Positions 1 through 13,876 of a stretch of 64,000 bases of DNA are shown piece after piece. How positions within the stretch are numbered: the stretch's first letter is position 1; each line of letters starts with the position of its first letter. The stretch lies in NCBI GenBank assembly GCA_951406725.2, contig OX597816.1, positions 149,234,001-149,298,000 of the forward strand. The letters run 5' to 3'. This DNA comes from Octopus vulgaris. Its lineage: Eukaryota. The notes under the pieces are model-generated. The model was not told the DNA's origin. It saw nothing but the letters and a program-made list of their open reading frames with translations, and ran no database searches. Made by a program: the position numbers and the translations under genes.

Positions 1-383
1 AGCTAACAAGTTTGCTTTGCAATTATGTGGTTTTAGGTTTGTTTCAACTTCATGGCAGGCAAATATCATGTAACAGTCTAAGATTGAGTAAAACCTTGTG
101 AATGAAATTGGATCATATGGAAACCATGTGGAGGCCAGCAAATAGACTGTATTTCTGTTTTGAGGTTCCAGTTCTATCTCACAGTGCATGTTGATTTTTC
201 AAGTCTAAATTTATGGTACAAGTTAATGAGTAGGTAGTTCCATTAATTGGAAAACTGAGACACATTTGTTGAAATCTAGAACATATATGAGAGAAGGTGA
301 GTTAAAATATAAAATAACTAAGAAACATTAAGTTTCTCAAGATTTGATATGTTTAGCAAAACTCATCTATTGATGATGCTTCC

Positions 384-660
384 TATCATCATTTAACGTC
401 CATTTTCCATGCTGGCATGGGTTAGACGCTTTGACTGGTACAGGTAAACTATGGAGCTGCACCAGGCCCAAGTTGTCTGTTTTGGCTTGGTTTCTCCGGC
501 TGGGTGTCCTTCCTGACACCAACTACTTTACAGAGTGTACTAGGTGTCTTTTACATATCACCGGCACTGGCTACAATTCACTTAGCTTGACGTGTTTTCT
601 CAAGTACAGCAAATCGCCAGAAGTCTCGGTCACTTGCCATAAGCCTGCATGAGGCTCAAC
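384..660 (-). mobile_element. SINE with (GAT)n 3' tail (octopus-type family)
   Basis: catcatttaacgtccattttccatgctggcatgggttagac motif, repeated more than 10 times in the window. Confidence 0.8.
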
Positions 661-1261
661 AACTGAAGATCATATTTCATCATTTTGTCTCTCCTATTAA
701 AACAAGTACATGCGTTTGAAAGTTAAAAGTGAAGCTCAAACATTCTTTGAAAATATTTCTTACATATATACTTACACAAAAATAATTTCAAATGTGAGTT
801 ATTAATGGTGTTCTTTATTAGCATATCCCATAAATTGATGGCTATTATAATCATTATTTAGATATCCATATAATTATAAGTTTTACACCTTTACTCGCCT
901 TAATTATGGAAGGAAATTGAAGAGATAATTAAAATATTTAATAAACAATGAAACAAATTTTGTGTTATGTAAAAATAGGAACATGAACACTTTAATAATC
1001 GGTTGACTTCCTGGTATATGATAGTACATAACATAGCTCTTATGTACTGAGTTAATTCAACCAATGCGTTTTTCGATAAAATTTTTACAAAAGGTGGGTT
1101 TTCGAGGGTATAGATTACAATTAAGTTAGAATATAGAAAAAAAAATTTGGAGTTTCGAATCTTGGTTATTATCAAATTCCTTAACTTTAAGATCCCCCTC
1201 CCGATGGTTTAAACCATCAATGTTATGTAAACAAAACACTTTAGTGCTTCCAATGGTTGTT

Positions 1262-1345
1262 CTAAATTCTCCTGGACTTAATTGTAGAGAAACAATGGCA
1301 CGCGTAACGCTTAATGTAACGCTCTGGCAGAAGGCTATCAAAGCT
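1262..1345 (-). CDS. Probable terminal coding exon of THAP protein A (SFDSLLPERYIKRYACHCFSTIKSRRI*)
   Basis: Strong acceptor ttcttctttccacatctag|AGC, in phase 0 with the 1804 donor; stop TAG at 1264-1262; minus-strand AATAAA near 813-818. Confidence 0.6.
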   Translation of the reverse strand, partial: SFDSLLPERYIKRYACHCFSTIKSRRI

Positions 1346-1803
1346 CTAGATGTGGAAAGAAGAAATTGAGATTTAAAGTAACTGCTGCTAGTATGTTAGC
1401 TACTTTCCTTTCTCAATCAATTTCTTTCCATTCGTTTATTCAGTCACCCACTCCTCCACTTTATCACAAATTAACAACACAATATCTGCTATTATTCTTG
1501 GCGGTTCCTTTAATGACACTAATTTTATCGACCCCCAAAAGAGATGAAAGGTTAAAAGTTGATCACTGCGATAATATATTTCAAGTGCTATTGTTTGCAT
1601 CAAAACTGACATTGTTAACTTGAAAAGTAGTTATCTTAATTATACTATTGTTACTAGCAACAGCAATAAGAGTTTCTAACCCATCCTATAAAGAGGATGC
1701 AAGAGTTAATGGTGTTTGCCTTTTAAATGATTCAAAGAGAATGTGTGTAAAAGAAAACAGCAATATTTAAAAGGTGTTCACAAAAAATAAAAGATTTCCT
1801 TAC

Positions 1804-2163
1804 GTCAGTTGGGCTGTTTAGTTTCAGTTTGGTATACCATTTTGGTGTGGGGACATTGCTCGTCTGGAATATTGTTGGTATGGCATTCGGCTTCAGTAAG
1901 ATACGTGGGTTCTGCATAAACTGGAAGTTCTGTTCGAAACAATGAGGTTCAAAATGCAGAGTGCAGATTCGAAATCGGCGCCGTATGCTCTGGTCATCCG
2001 AACAGGCCATGTCGAGGAAGTTCTCTATCTGGCTGAAACTAATGTTCATGTTCTGGGCCCAGATTCGACACATTCCCCGATCTTTGGGGAAGCAGTGTAG
2101 CCTGATATGACGAGGGAGTCGGCCATCATGACTTGAACAACCGAACGCCTTACATTGGGGCAT
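1804..2163 (-). CDS. THAP zinc-finger domain protein A, coding exon 1 (120 codons, phase-0 donor)
   Basis: MPQCKAFGC...LHCFP...W...RICTLHF...LKPNAIPTIF has the complete C2CH THAP signature, the conserved P/W/F residues and an AVPTIF-like box. Donor GAC|gtaagg at 1804/1803; the rest of the listed ORF reads as intron. Confidence 0.92.
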
Positions 2164-3550
2164 TGTGAACCGCTTAAGAATCGGATAAGATTGTTAAATA
2201 GCAGATGTAAGTATTGAATTGAGTTTTAAAATTCTATAAAATATAGTTTTAATTATTTAGTTTAAGGAGAAAGAAGAGAAACGAACGAGGAAGAGTGTTT
2301 ACAATCATATTCGTTTTTATAAATGGGTGAGTAATAGCAACAGTATTACCCTGGAACTACAGCAGCAAATAGAAATGGGGAAATGTGTGTATGAGACATA
2401 CGATATTATTTTTGAAAAAAATTAAAAAGGAATTTTCCTTTATACTAACAAACTAAACAAAAACAAAACAAGAAAGGTAAAACGTAGTTAATACTGTTTG
2501 TAGACGCTTAGATTAGCTACGGAAGAAAACAGAATGAATAATTTATATATATAGCTAAGCTAGCTTGCCGTGGGTGATTTTTCTTTCAATACAGTCACAA
2601 TGTAGGCAAGCCTTTCTCTGGCTGTATTCACGGCCACCATGACATGAAAACACACACTTGATTGTAAATTCTAACAGTTATTATTATTTTGCATGGAGAA
2701 ATGCATATTTGTTTTAGAAATAGAAGGGTGATATGCAGTTAAGGGAGAGAGACTAATACTAAATATTCGTAATCAGCCTTAGTCGCTCGGGGTGAACTTA
2801 GTCAGCAGTAGTCAGCCAGTTCTGTTCACAGTTGCTGTAACTGAATGGGTGAGTGGATGCTTTCTACCTTAGTATAAGGGAGCCGACAGAGCAGCATAAA
2901 TTGTGTGTGTGTGTGTGTAATCTGGCTTTGTGGATAAAATATAAGTGGGTGAGTGAATAAACGAGCAGAGAATAGAACGAATTGAATAGAGAAATAGCAG
3001 AAGATAATTTAACTCTTAATTTCATCTTTCCATATAAAAATTAAATTTGAAAAAAAGTGGGGTGATGTTTTATTTTATTTATAGCTGATTTTTGTCAGCA
3101 GAATCATCACGGACTAAACGGAAACCAAGCGTATGTATCTAAAAAAATATTTTACAAGAGGAAAACATACAGTAATGGATAGTAAGTATTATTTCGTAGG
3201 CATTATTAAGCCTAATATTTAATAATGATAATGATAATAAATCACGTTTTCCCTATAAGCAAGAACATTTCAACAAACTTACTCCTCCTCCCACCTCAAT
3301 CTATAAATTCCAGTCTATAGATTCGTGGGTGAACCGAGAGATTTCAAATAGATGGGGAGGAGGAAGAAAAAAAGATTCTTCCGCCGTGCATTAACATAAT
3401 CTAGGCTGGGTGAAGGTGATACACAAAAGCCATTCAGTTATGAAAAGCTGATCGATGAAATAAATCAATTACTGAGAACAGATATACATTATGTATGAGA
3501 GAGTGTGTATGTGTGTGTGAACGCGTGCGCGCATTAAAATCCCCCATTTA
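2164..3550 (-). promoter_or_regulatory. CpG-retaining promoter-like / 5' region upstream of THAP gene A
   Basis: CG dinucleotides are visibly frequent at about 900-3550 and nearly absent from about 3.6-24.8 kb, consistent with an unmethylated 5' region (judged by eye). Confidence 0.5.
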
Positions 3551-6447
3551 AACTGCAAATTTGAATCCTTTCAGCAACAAAATGAATTTATGTATTCCAA
3601 TATTGGCACAAAGAGGGATGTATATAGTTGGTTGAACTGATACTCTATTTTATCAAAGCCACAAGAGTTAAAAAACACAAAGCTGACTCATAGAGGAATT
3701 GATCTCAGCACAGTGATGAAACCAAGTACTGGTTGGCATTCAGTATGGGGTACTCTATAACCTTTTATATATCAATGATTAAAAAAAAATCTCCTTGCAT
3801 TAAGTGTTGCTGCTGGGCCAAGTTGAATTATTATACTTAAAATTTGCCCAACCACTAAGATGCTGTGTAGTTCATTATTGCATGACGTATTTTCTGTGCA
3901 TAGGTACTAGTAGAATGGACACTGACTAAAGTGGTTTGTTCTTAAACACTTTCTTTTGCGAAAATGCATTCCCCTCTTTTTCTTTTCTGTGATGTTTCAA
4001 AGGTGGTGTGATGTAAAAGAATTTGTAAGAATGAAATGAAATAGTTATTTAAAAACTCATGCTACACTGAATGAGTAAAAACAGAAAAATAAACTCTACT
4101 AAATTAACAGAGGAACTAACATGTTGGATAATCAACAGTGTTGATATAAATTCCCAAATTAGAGATTAAAGAAATACATTTAAATTATCAAGTGAAACAT
4201 TTGTTAGAATAATGGACACATGAGTAGTGAAAACTTGTACCTTTTCACTCTTAATAATTTCCCCAGCTGCCTCCACACAAATACATAACCAACCAGTGTA
4301 TTAACAATTTATATTTTGTCATTGGGAATATGTTACACCATGGCCAGGTCATTTTTAATGCCTTAATTTACCAAGTGAGAGGTACAGATAATTTCAAATC
4401 CAATTAACAAATCTGATCTTGTACAATACAAACTTGTTCACAAATTTTAGTTTGAAGATTTGCAAATGTGCACTATGCACAAGAACTAAATGTTACCTAT
4501 TTCCTCCTCCAATACAATGAGTGTCACCATATTCCAACAGCAGGACTGGATACATGTTATATCTATTATCCAACTAACTGATATGTAGGAATCTAAATCA
4601 CAGCAATAAGACAGTGAACATACCATACATGCTTGTAGGTAAGTCATAATGTATTACTCAAATAAAGGGCATAAAAAGCTGCCTGCAACTTATCTATGGT
4701 ACTTTGCTCTGGGGGTTGAAATTTACAGCATAAACTAATATCACAACATCCAATCACACATTGATCATGTCACTACACAGTCTGTATGAATATTGCAATT
4801 AATAAATTCAGGTTGATGATGGTGCAACATACTGAAATAAATGCAGATGTTTATGGAAAATTTAATTTTGCTACAAAACAAAGGCAACTGTGCTGATATT
4901 GTTTATATCTGTCAAGATATTTTCCCTGCATAGATACAGATTTGGTGGCAGAAGTTTTGAAAAAAAATTCATTGCATACCTTAATTAGAAAAACTGACTA
5001 AAACTTAATCCACAGGGATAAAAACAAAAGTTAGAGTTATGTGGCTGGGTTTAAACTGCATATAGTTGAATATACTGTAAAGCATGGATGGAAACAGTAA
5101 AGCTGTGAGACTTTAGTGTGCCAAAAAAATGAGGCACTAGTAGAAACAAAAAGATACACTCAAGAAAATGCCAGAACATAAACTGTCTTTCCATATGAGA
5201 AATTGGGGAAATATTTGTACGCTACTCAGAACTTTCTAACACAATTGACAAAAGTTAGGATTATTTTAGTTAGATGTACCTATTACTTAAATGCAGCTAT
5301 GATGCAAATAGTATTCACAAAAAGCAACAAATGATTTACATACAGGTCAAAAGGTCAAAGCCTTTTATTATAAACACAAAGTGCACGCAAATTATCTACT
5401 TGTGTTTTTATGTGAATATATATTGAATATTAAATGTGAAATATTTTGCATAAATATACCCACTTTAGAGATCATATTGATCAATATCCAACTAAGCACA
5501 ATAAAATTTTGCTCCTGATTCTTGATATGAAAGTAATCAGAAAATAAAATTGACATAGGTAGCAATAAAACACTTGTTTTTATCAGATGCTATCTCCATA
5601 GTTATCAAAATTACATTTGAAATACTAGATGGAGTGGTTTAGATTATATTTTTTTTGCACTCTGAAATTTCAAAATGCTGTATTTGACTTTATTAAGATC
5701 CTGAATGTCTGGTTCAAAACAAAAATCTGAAAACTTAGTTAAAGGGAGAGGAAAAAAATGCATAATAGAAGTATTAATCCTTTAAGTGTGAATTTTAAAA
5801 TCTTTTCTCTTCTGATGACATGATCATTCCATTATACAAACTGAAGATTATAAATGTAAGCATACTGTCATTTATCAAAAGTTAATTTTCTAGCAAAGAC
5901 CAACATTTGCACAATGTTGACTTAACAACAAGTGCATTTTTATGACCTACACAGTTCAAAGGTCACTTTAGTTTGATTTGTTTCATTTAAGATATAAGAA
6001 CTTTTCAATGTATTCTATATTGCAATTATAATAAATTTGCCTAAATACACTTTTACCATAAATACTAAAAGTTAGTGAATGAGATGTTTTTTCTAGAATT
6101 TCATTTCCCATACGTAGGTGTATGTATTATATGAGTGCATATTGTACACAAATATGATATCAACATTTTGCTGTAATTTAGTGAAGTAATTTTGAAAATA
6201 AAAATATTGTACAAATTAATGTTCAATGCAGTCTACTTATGCATCCACAGTATGCCATAATTAATATTTCAATATAAAATCATATTTTGAGTAAGACCAG
6301 TTTCAAACATGCCAGTATTCTTCAGTCATTTCCTCACTTTTTAGCAAATCAAGCACTTGTTTTATTAAACTATGTAATGCATAAACCATAAACCCACAAT
6401 TTCAAAATTTGTTACCATCCATAATCAAATTTAAAGCTCCTGCTTAC

Positions 6448-6500
6448 CTGAAAGAAAATCTTTTCCTTTTGTATTTCATTGGAAGATGGAAGAAAAATTA
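6448..6500 (-). CDS. Candidate 53-nt exon, phase 1 to phase 0 (xIFLPSSNEIQKEKIFFQ)
   Basis: aaattttcag|TAATT...TTTCAG|gtaagc; open in the phase-1 frame; strong donor. Could instead be a recursive splice site. Confidence 0.3.
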
Positions 6501-6701
6501 CTGAAAATTTAATTTTCTATAAAATGGCTAAAAGGTATGTAAACACAAACAAGTGCAGAGAGAAAAGCCACTACTTTTAAGGTAGTGGCATCAAAATACA
6601 AACATGAGAACAGTTAATGGAAGAAAGGATTTGTAGTGATCTAATGAATAAAATACCAGCTGAAGAGTTAATATATTTCAAGACCTATAGCATGTCACTG
6701 T

Positions 6702-6911
6702 TTAACTCTTTAGCATACATATTTTTGTCAAAAGTAATGCTTATTTATTCACCTTGTTTTGAATTAATCATGCATTATCTTGAGATTCTGATGAGGTAAC
6801 TGATAATTTTTTAGAATGATATTGTTGGTGTGAGAAATCCAATCTATCCAGTTTGAACATAAAACAGAATATTTTGGTTGGATATGGCTAGGTTAAATGC
6901 TAAAGGTTTAA
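6702..6911. mobile_element. TTAA-flanked MITE, family 1 (piggyBac-like)
   Basis: ttaa-ctctttagca ... tgctaaagg-tttaa; related copies at 11317-11551 and 61313-61490. Confidence 0.7.
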
Positions 6912-7099
6912 AGTGAATTGACCCATAAAGAATATCAGTACAAAATAAATGGGTCTAAAACAAGCAATCTCAGAAAAGCAAGTAGATCCTATGTTTTTAT
7001 TATTTATTCATCTAAAGAATAACAATGTTCATTACTGGATCTAAGGGAAGGAGTAATACCCATAGCTTTGACAAGCCCACCTAGATAGATGAGATGAAT

Positions 7100-7470
7100 G
7101 CCATTGACATTCCTCTTGAAACTTTGCAAGTTGTGGGGAAACATGGGTAAGGAGGAAATTCCAGAAGGTGAATGTGTTGGGCAAGAATGATTAAGTGTAG
7201 TGGTTAGTGTGGGGTTAGAAGGTTGGACACAACAAGAGTGATGAGAAGAGGATAAGTGGGTCAGGAATACTGGGCTGAAGGTGTCAAGAGCCTAGCCAGC
7301 TCTGAGAAGACCCTGTGGACCAGAGGCTGGAGTGCATCTGTAAGTAACTTCATACCAATCAGTTGAATGGCTCTTTTCCTGATGCAGTCTAGGATGCCTG
7401 TGTGAGCAATAACAATTCCATTCCAGATGTGAGAGAGCAATGCTCCATTGTGAGCCTCACCTGAGTGTAG
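7100..7470 (-). mobile_element. Degenerate CR1/L2-like LINE ORF2 3' fragment
   Basis: Minus-strand remnant resembling Y.QVR..MEYCS.IW...LD.I.KRAIQLIG, interrupted by frameshifts. Confidence 0.55.
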
Positions 7471-8951
7471 TGATTAGTGTGGGACTAGAATGTCAATAAC
7501 TATCAGGAAATGAAGTACTAGCTATGTACTTTTACCAGGAGAGATCCTCGGTGAAATTATAAAGGTTTTAGTTGAGTAGAATGTATTGCAAGCAATTGTC
7601 CAATTAGAATTAATGTAAGCTCAAGATTGGAGGGAAACATAAGGGAAGGATTTCAAGCAGTATAGTTCTTGAAGTATTAAGTATATGATTGGAAGCAGAG
7701 AGTAACTAAGACAGATAAAGAAACTGACGATAAATCTTTATATCATGTGAAGTTTGTCTTGTCCAGACAATGATGGGTAGTAACAATATGTAATCTGTTA
7801 TTAGCAACATTCAATATTAATTTATCAGACAATATGCTCAATCAATCAGCACTGCTAAACCAAAATACTCAAAAATTTTAGCTAAGTGAAACTATTTAAA
7901 ATACTTAATATTAGGCATATTATATAAAACGAGTAACAGTTGAAGTAGTAGTAATGATACTGACAGAGTCATTGAAGGAAACAATAAGCGACAAAGTAAT
8001 CAAATAGTAAAAAATGCATATAAGAACTTGCAACAATATAACTGTAATCATGACAATAACTGCACTTACAAAGAAACTAACCATATACTTATGTTCTCAT
8101 TGAAGTACACTTGTATGGATCGAGACCCAGCTATCTATATTTATATCAGCTGAAAGTAACTGAAGTCAGGTAGGTAAGAGAAAAGGGAGAGAGAAAGACA
8201 GAAAAAGATAACTAGATGTAAAAATACAAGGTGGAATATTTTAACAGAGAATTATTGATCCTGATAGTAGTCAAAAGGCAAATCAGTGGAGCTGGTGCTT
8301 GGCAGTGAGGTAAAAAGAAAAAGATGACAAAGATAAAAACAGTGTCAAGATGAAAATCAATTGCTACTCCAATTTTTTAAATTTAGAATTTTTTTTTTTG
8401 AAACTGCAACACAGTTCAATCAGAGACAAGCTTTAGAAAGTCAAATATTTGTCAAAAATCCTTCATGAAAATATAACAAACATTTTGAAACTGGAATTTT
8501 TTCAAATTCTTTGTGAAGCAGTTTTAACTTTGATGAAAATAACTGAAGTGGTAACTGATCAAAATTATTCAGAAGACTGAAAATATGTTGACCAATGATG
8601 ACTCACAAGACTAGCTTTATTGATTGGTAAAAATGCCACATTTTAACCAGACACAGCTCTCAGATTGGTGAGTTTGTGGCAGCACTAAATCAAGAAAGGA
8701 GGGAGCAAAAGAATCACAGTTGTTCATTGCTTCAACAATTATCACCATCTCCAAATTATTAAATAACCACCAATATAAAATTAGATAAAATGCATTTACT
8801 ACTACTATCTATGTATTTACTACGACTACTACTATTACAATAGATCCAAGCTTGGATGTCAGGGCACTGAAATCCTGAATGGTCACTCAACCAGCAACAA
8901 AACTTTCTCTACCATCTTGATAAAAATGGGACACATAGGAGAATGTATTCC

Positions 8952-8999
<48 letters not shown>

Positions 9000-9889
9000 T
9001 AAAGGATGGTCACGGTTGGAATGTCATTGAACACAGCTTGATGAATGCTGATCTGTGGTGAAGCAATTTCAGTACATCTAGCTCCATCATATTTTATGAA
9101 AGTGTGTTGCTGATTAGACTGGAATTATGTACCATATCCATTAATATCTACTAATCAATGATGGGTTTTCTATACAGTGTCTTTGTGCATATCTCAGACT
9201 TTAATGCATGAAATATTGCTTGGCTCACATATACTTTGTGTATCCTCTACATACTAAGTTAACATCAGAAATACTCTAACCAGAGTTTAGGTTCAATGAA
9301 GAATTGATTGCACATTGTTATAGTTTTTGAAATGCTAACAGAAAAGTCTAGGATTGGTTAACCCTGAAAACATTTCTATGGTGCTGATTCAGTTCTTATG
9401 AGGAAAATGTCAAAGAATTCAAGAAAATCATTTCAAAGTTGTAAGAATAGTTTAGAGTCTAAAGGTCTAAAAATAACATGGCAACAACCAAAATACTTGT
9501 TTCAAATGGGAAATATGCAATCTCAGAGACATCTAGGAAGGTGACTTTGCTCGATATGTAAAAATATAGTTAGGACCTCAAAACTATATACTATGTGCAA
9601 ACAGTTTTTTTTTTTTGGTTCTTTCTCGAGCCATGCCTAGCTCATAAAGGCTTGTTTCCCAGTTTCATTGGCGTAGAGGTTCCCCACCTGGACAGGACAC
9701 AGGTCCGTTGCAGGTGAGCTGCTAGATGCTGTGCAAACAGTAGGTACATAAAAAAAAAAAATGCAGAGATATCTCTGACAGGATTTCAGATATCTCAGAT
9801 GTAAACAAGTATATGTGAAATGAAGTCATGAACTCCCAGAGCTCAGTAGACATAGTTGTTAGGTTTTGCTACTCATATTATCCAACAGT

Positions 9890-10167
9890 CAGTGGCGGAC
9901 TGGCCAAGTTGCCAGCTTACCCAATGGCAAGTAGGCCCCTGCGCCATTAGAGTCCATATATGGGGCCCATCGCCTCAAGTTTGAGAATTTTTTAATTCAC
10001 TCCTGGAAGAATGCATTAATCATTTCAGCCTGGCTGTGTCTGTAGACAGTTGAAAAGAATACTTTTAACAGCAAAAGAAAAAATAATAATAAATGATAGC
10101 ATTGTAGCTGTGGGTGGACCCCCTTAGTCTCCTGGTAACTAATAATTTTAGACCCAGTCTGCCACTG
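9890..10167. mobile_element. hAT-type MITE (278 bp) with intact TIRs and 8-bp TSD
   Basis: TIRs CAGTGGCGGACTGG / CCAGTCTGCCACTG; identical 8-bp flanks ccaacagt at 9882-9889 and 10168-10175. Confidence 0.9.
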
Positions 10168-11316
10168 CCAACAGTACTGAAGGTAGATATAGTGAAAACA
10201 TAATTGTATGATATAGGTAAGAGCTAGAGAAATTCAGTGTTCTGTTACCAACAAAGTTTCTCTCTTCATGGAAAAAAAAAAAATCAATACAAAGTATGTC
10301 TCAGAAGTGTGATTCTAACTGGTAAGATACTAACAAAGATTTGTGGAGGTGGGTGAGGAATGAGGTAGGATTTGTTGAATGGGAAATGAGAAGCTGCATA
10401 AAATGCACCAGTATATTAAACTGTTTAACATTATATAAGTGGGGAAACAATGTCTTGGTAATATAATTGGACTACAAATGTTGGGTGAAAATGTTCTCTG
10501 TTGTCAATTATAGAGTACCTATGAAAGTAAAAGATTGGGGAAGATATGCAAAAAATAGTGAGCATAGAGCTCAAGATGTTCAGTCTCTCAGAAGAAAAGA
10601 CACAACAGAGATAATAATGTAGAAATATGCTGTACTTCAGACCTAACTGACATATGCTGGTATGAAATAAGGAAAATTAAAATGGTGATATTCATGATTG
10701 CCATGCTTTATTTTGCACTTTATGTTATTTTTTTTTAATTTCAAGTTATGGTTATTTCCGCACAATATCTTTACTGGCTCAGAGAAAATGGAAAGGACAA
10801 CTACTTATGGAATCTTGGAGAAGAAACCTAGTCATGCAAGTCAAAATAGGAGGAATTAAAGTTATGTTTAAAAGAAGAGGCTCTTGTGTGAAACTGTAGG
10901 AATTACCTCACAATTTTCATTTTTTCTATTCCTTTTACAGTGAAGTTGCAGTTCCACTTAACTGAAGGGAACAGGGTTGATTATTAATTCCTAAATGCCA
11001 AGAAATACAATGCAAACACAGCTAGAATTCCATTGGCAGCATGTTGAGAGTGAATCGTCACCTCTCTACAGTTGGTGATTCATTTTGACTCACATCATGC
11101 TTTTTATTTTATGGCAAGTGCATCTAGTTGTAGAAAGCATTCCAAAGTAGACAGTGGCGCATAATGCAGTCCTTGAACCTGTCAGATCCTGTCAAACCAT
11201 CTAACACATGCTAAATGATGATGATGCTGATGACGATAATTAGTAATCCAGTCCTAAGCTAACTAGAACAGTTGGAGACAGGGAGTAATAAGAATGTGAG
11301 AAACTAAGTTTAGTCA

Positions 11317-11551
11317 TTAACTCTTTAGCATTCAGATTATTCTGTTAAATGTAAAGCTTATTTATTAACACTGTTTTGAATAATAAATCATGCATTATAT
11401 TGCAGCTTTGCAATTTCAATGACATAATTGTTTACTTTTAGAATGACATTATTGTAAGGTAAGTGTGAGAGGTCACATTTGGCTTGTTTGGATATAAAAC
11501 ATAGAATATTTGGGCAGGAAATGGCTAGCTTAAATGTTGCTGAATGGTTAA
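11317..11551. mobile_element. TTAA-flanked MITE, family 1
   Basis: Homologous to 6702-6911, with TTAA at both ends. Confidence 0.7.
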
Positions 11552-12721
11552 GAGAAAATCTGGAAATGTATGACAATTCATCTTTGCAATATAAACATAA
11601 GAATATTGTTTGAAAAAGTACTCTAATAGCATCCAGCTAAGTAATTTGAGACAAAGAAACCTTAAAACTCCATATAAGCTGATACTAACTCTATATGATG
11701 CATATTTCGATAGAATTACACATCAATGTTTAACTATTACCTTGTACAGAAATAAGTAACAGGTGGAAGAAAAGTAGAAAAATAAAGTGTCATGAACAAA
11801 AATGCTTGGAATATGAGATAGATGTAGGGGATGATACACCATAACAAGGAACTATGCATATTTAACAAAGACATTTCTTTCCACAATGTTTTTTGAAGTT
11901 GGATAGACCACATTTGATATTCTGCAGCCAAGAATACTGACATATGACCCACCAGTCCTGTTCATTGTCTAGAGAAATGACTTTCAACTTTTATTTGATA
12001 CATGGGATACTAAATATGGTGTTGAAAGCATTATGGCACACCATCAGCATATATGTTATATTTTCTAAATAACAAGTATTAAATCAGAGATAAGTGAATG
12101 CTACTTTTTGACACAGTGGAACATACATGTCTCACTGTTGTGTTAAAAATCACATGTTTTCTAAATAACTAGGCATTCTCCAACTTGTCTCAAAAACTCA
12201 TGACATACCTGTAGAGTATATCACATTTATCAGGATAAAGTAGTTGAAAACATCTGGTCTAGTGGTGGTAGTTTATAAAATTCAGTAGTTTTGACAGGAG
12301 CAGAGGCACTTAAAATGCCAATGTTAAAAATTTGTTGGTAATGGGATGGTTAAATCAAACTACAAACAACATGGAAGGTGAAAGACACAAAGAGCAAAAA
12401 GTTTTAACCAAATATTAACGTATTTAATGATGTAAAGAAGAAAAACAGTGTAAAGAATACAAAAAGAAAATGAGATTTAGCAACATGATATAATAACAAA
12501 AACGGTGTCATAATATATGACGCTTGTGTAATTATTGTGAAGTAGGCAGTCTCCACACCAGACACATTTTGTTTTTATAAGAGACAAAGCCAAAAAAGAC
12601 ACATGCATACAGAAAAAAAAAATCTATTAAGTATTTTTATCACTGTCAAATGATGTAAAGAATCATTTTGTAAATTTTAGAAGTAGATTTGAAGAAAACA
12701 CATGCACACATACACACTTAC

Positions 12722-12760
12722 CTCTGCCCAACTCCACATCGCAATTTTTTTAATCTCCAT
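12722..12760 (-). CDS. Candidate short first coding exon (MEIKKIAMWSWAE) with phase-0 donor
   Basis: ATG at 12760 and consensus donor GAG|gtaagt at 12722/12721. No homology support. Confidence 0.25.
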
Positions 12761-13520
12761 GATTACCAGCATCACATGTAGGATTGGCTAACAAGCAGTT
12801 TTCTTTAATGAATCATTATGTACTTAAAGAAAGTTTTCCTTTTCTCACAAAGAAAAGCAAACATTAAAAAAAATCTAAACAAAGGCTCTGGAAGTTGTAC
12901 ATGTAACTGAATATCTTTCAGAAAAGCAAACTGACCAGATCCAAACAAAGTCTGTAGATTGTTAAGGTCATAATACTTAAAGGGCAATAATGTTTTTTTC
13001 CTCAGTTCATTGTTAATCTTTCAGGACCTGACTTCAGCAAAATATTTTTTTTACTGCATTTTTTTAAAAAGTCTTTCTCGCTTCCTGCTCAATTTTATTA
13101 CAGTCCAAAATTGCTAAAATATTTCAGAGTATCAATAAGCCATGTTATTGTACGAAGAATTGCAAACCACCATTCCAAGCTCTAAATCATTATTATAATA
13201 AATAAAACTATGAATAAAAAAAATAAAAATAAAAAAACCCAACACAATAAAAGTAAAATAACAATGCTACTGTCCCTTCTTCCAAGATAAAACCCAATTA
13301 AAACCTTAAACAAAGTTATCACATTTGTGGAAAAAAAGTTAATTTTTGGGGTCCAGAATAAATTTATAAAAAATATCCAGAAAAAAGTTATAAAGACATA
13401 TCATAAAGCAAGAAAACATCTTGTTCAGAATATACTTGGATTTTCTTGTATAGGTCTACTTAATCTTAACACAAAAAGCAAAGATATATGAGTCTTGTAG
13501 CTAACATCTAAATATCAATT

Positions 13521-13734
13521 TGATATATATATGTGTATATATATATATATTTAAATATATATATATATATGTGTATATATATATATATTTAAATATATAT
13601 ATATATGTGTATATATATATATATTTAAATATATATATATATGTGTATATATATATATATTTAATATATATATATATATGTGTATATATATATATATTTA
13701 AATATATATATATATATGTGTATATATATATATT

Positions 13735-13804
<70 letters not shown>

Positions 13805-13808
13805 TTAA

Positions 13809-13875
<67 letters not shown>
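13521..13875. repeat. (TA)n microsatellite with a higher-order unit of about 36-40 bp, punctuated by gtgt and tttaaa
   Basis: Directly visible; it explains the spurious IYIY ORF. Confidence 0.95.

Positions 13876-13876
<1 letters not shown>

Noticed and set aside
1126-1341. 71-aa ORF MIAFCQSV...
   Set aside because: Not in the frame set by the phase-0 donor at 1804; the spliced frame stops at 1262.
13520-13771. 83-aa IYIY-rich ORF and similar ORFs at 24158, 39630 and 39684
   Set aside because: Translations of (TA)n microsatellites.
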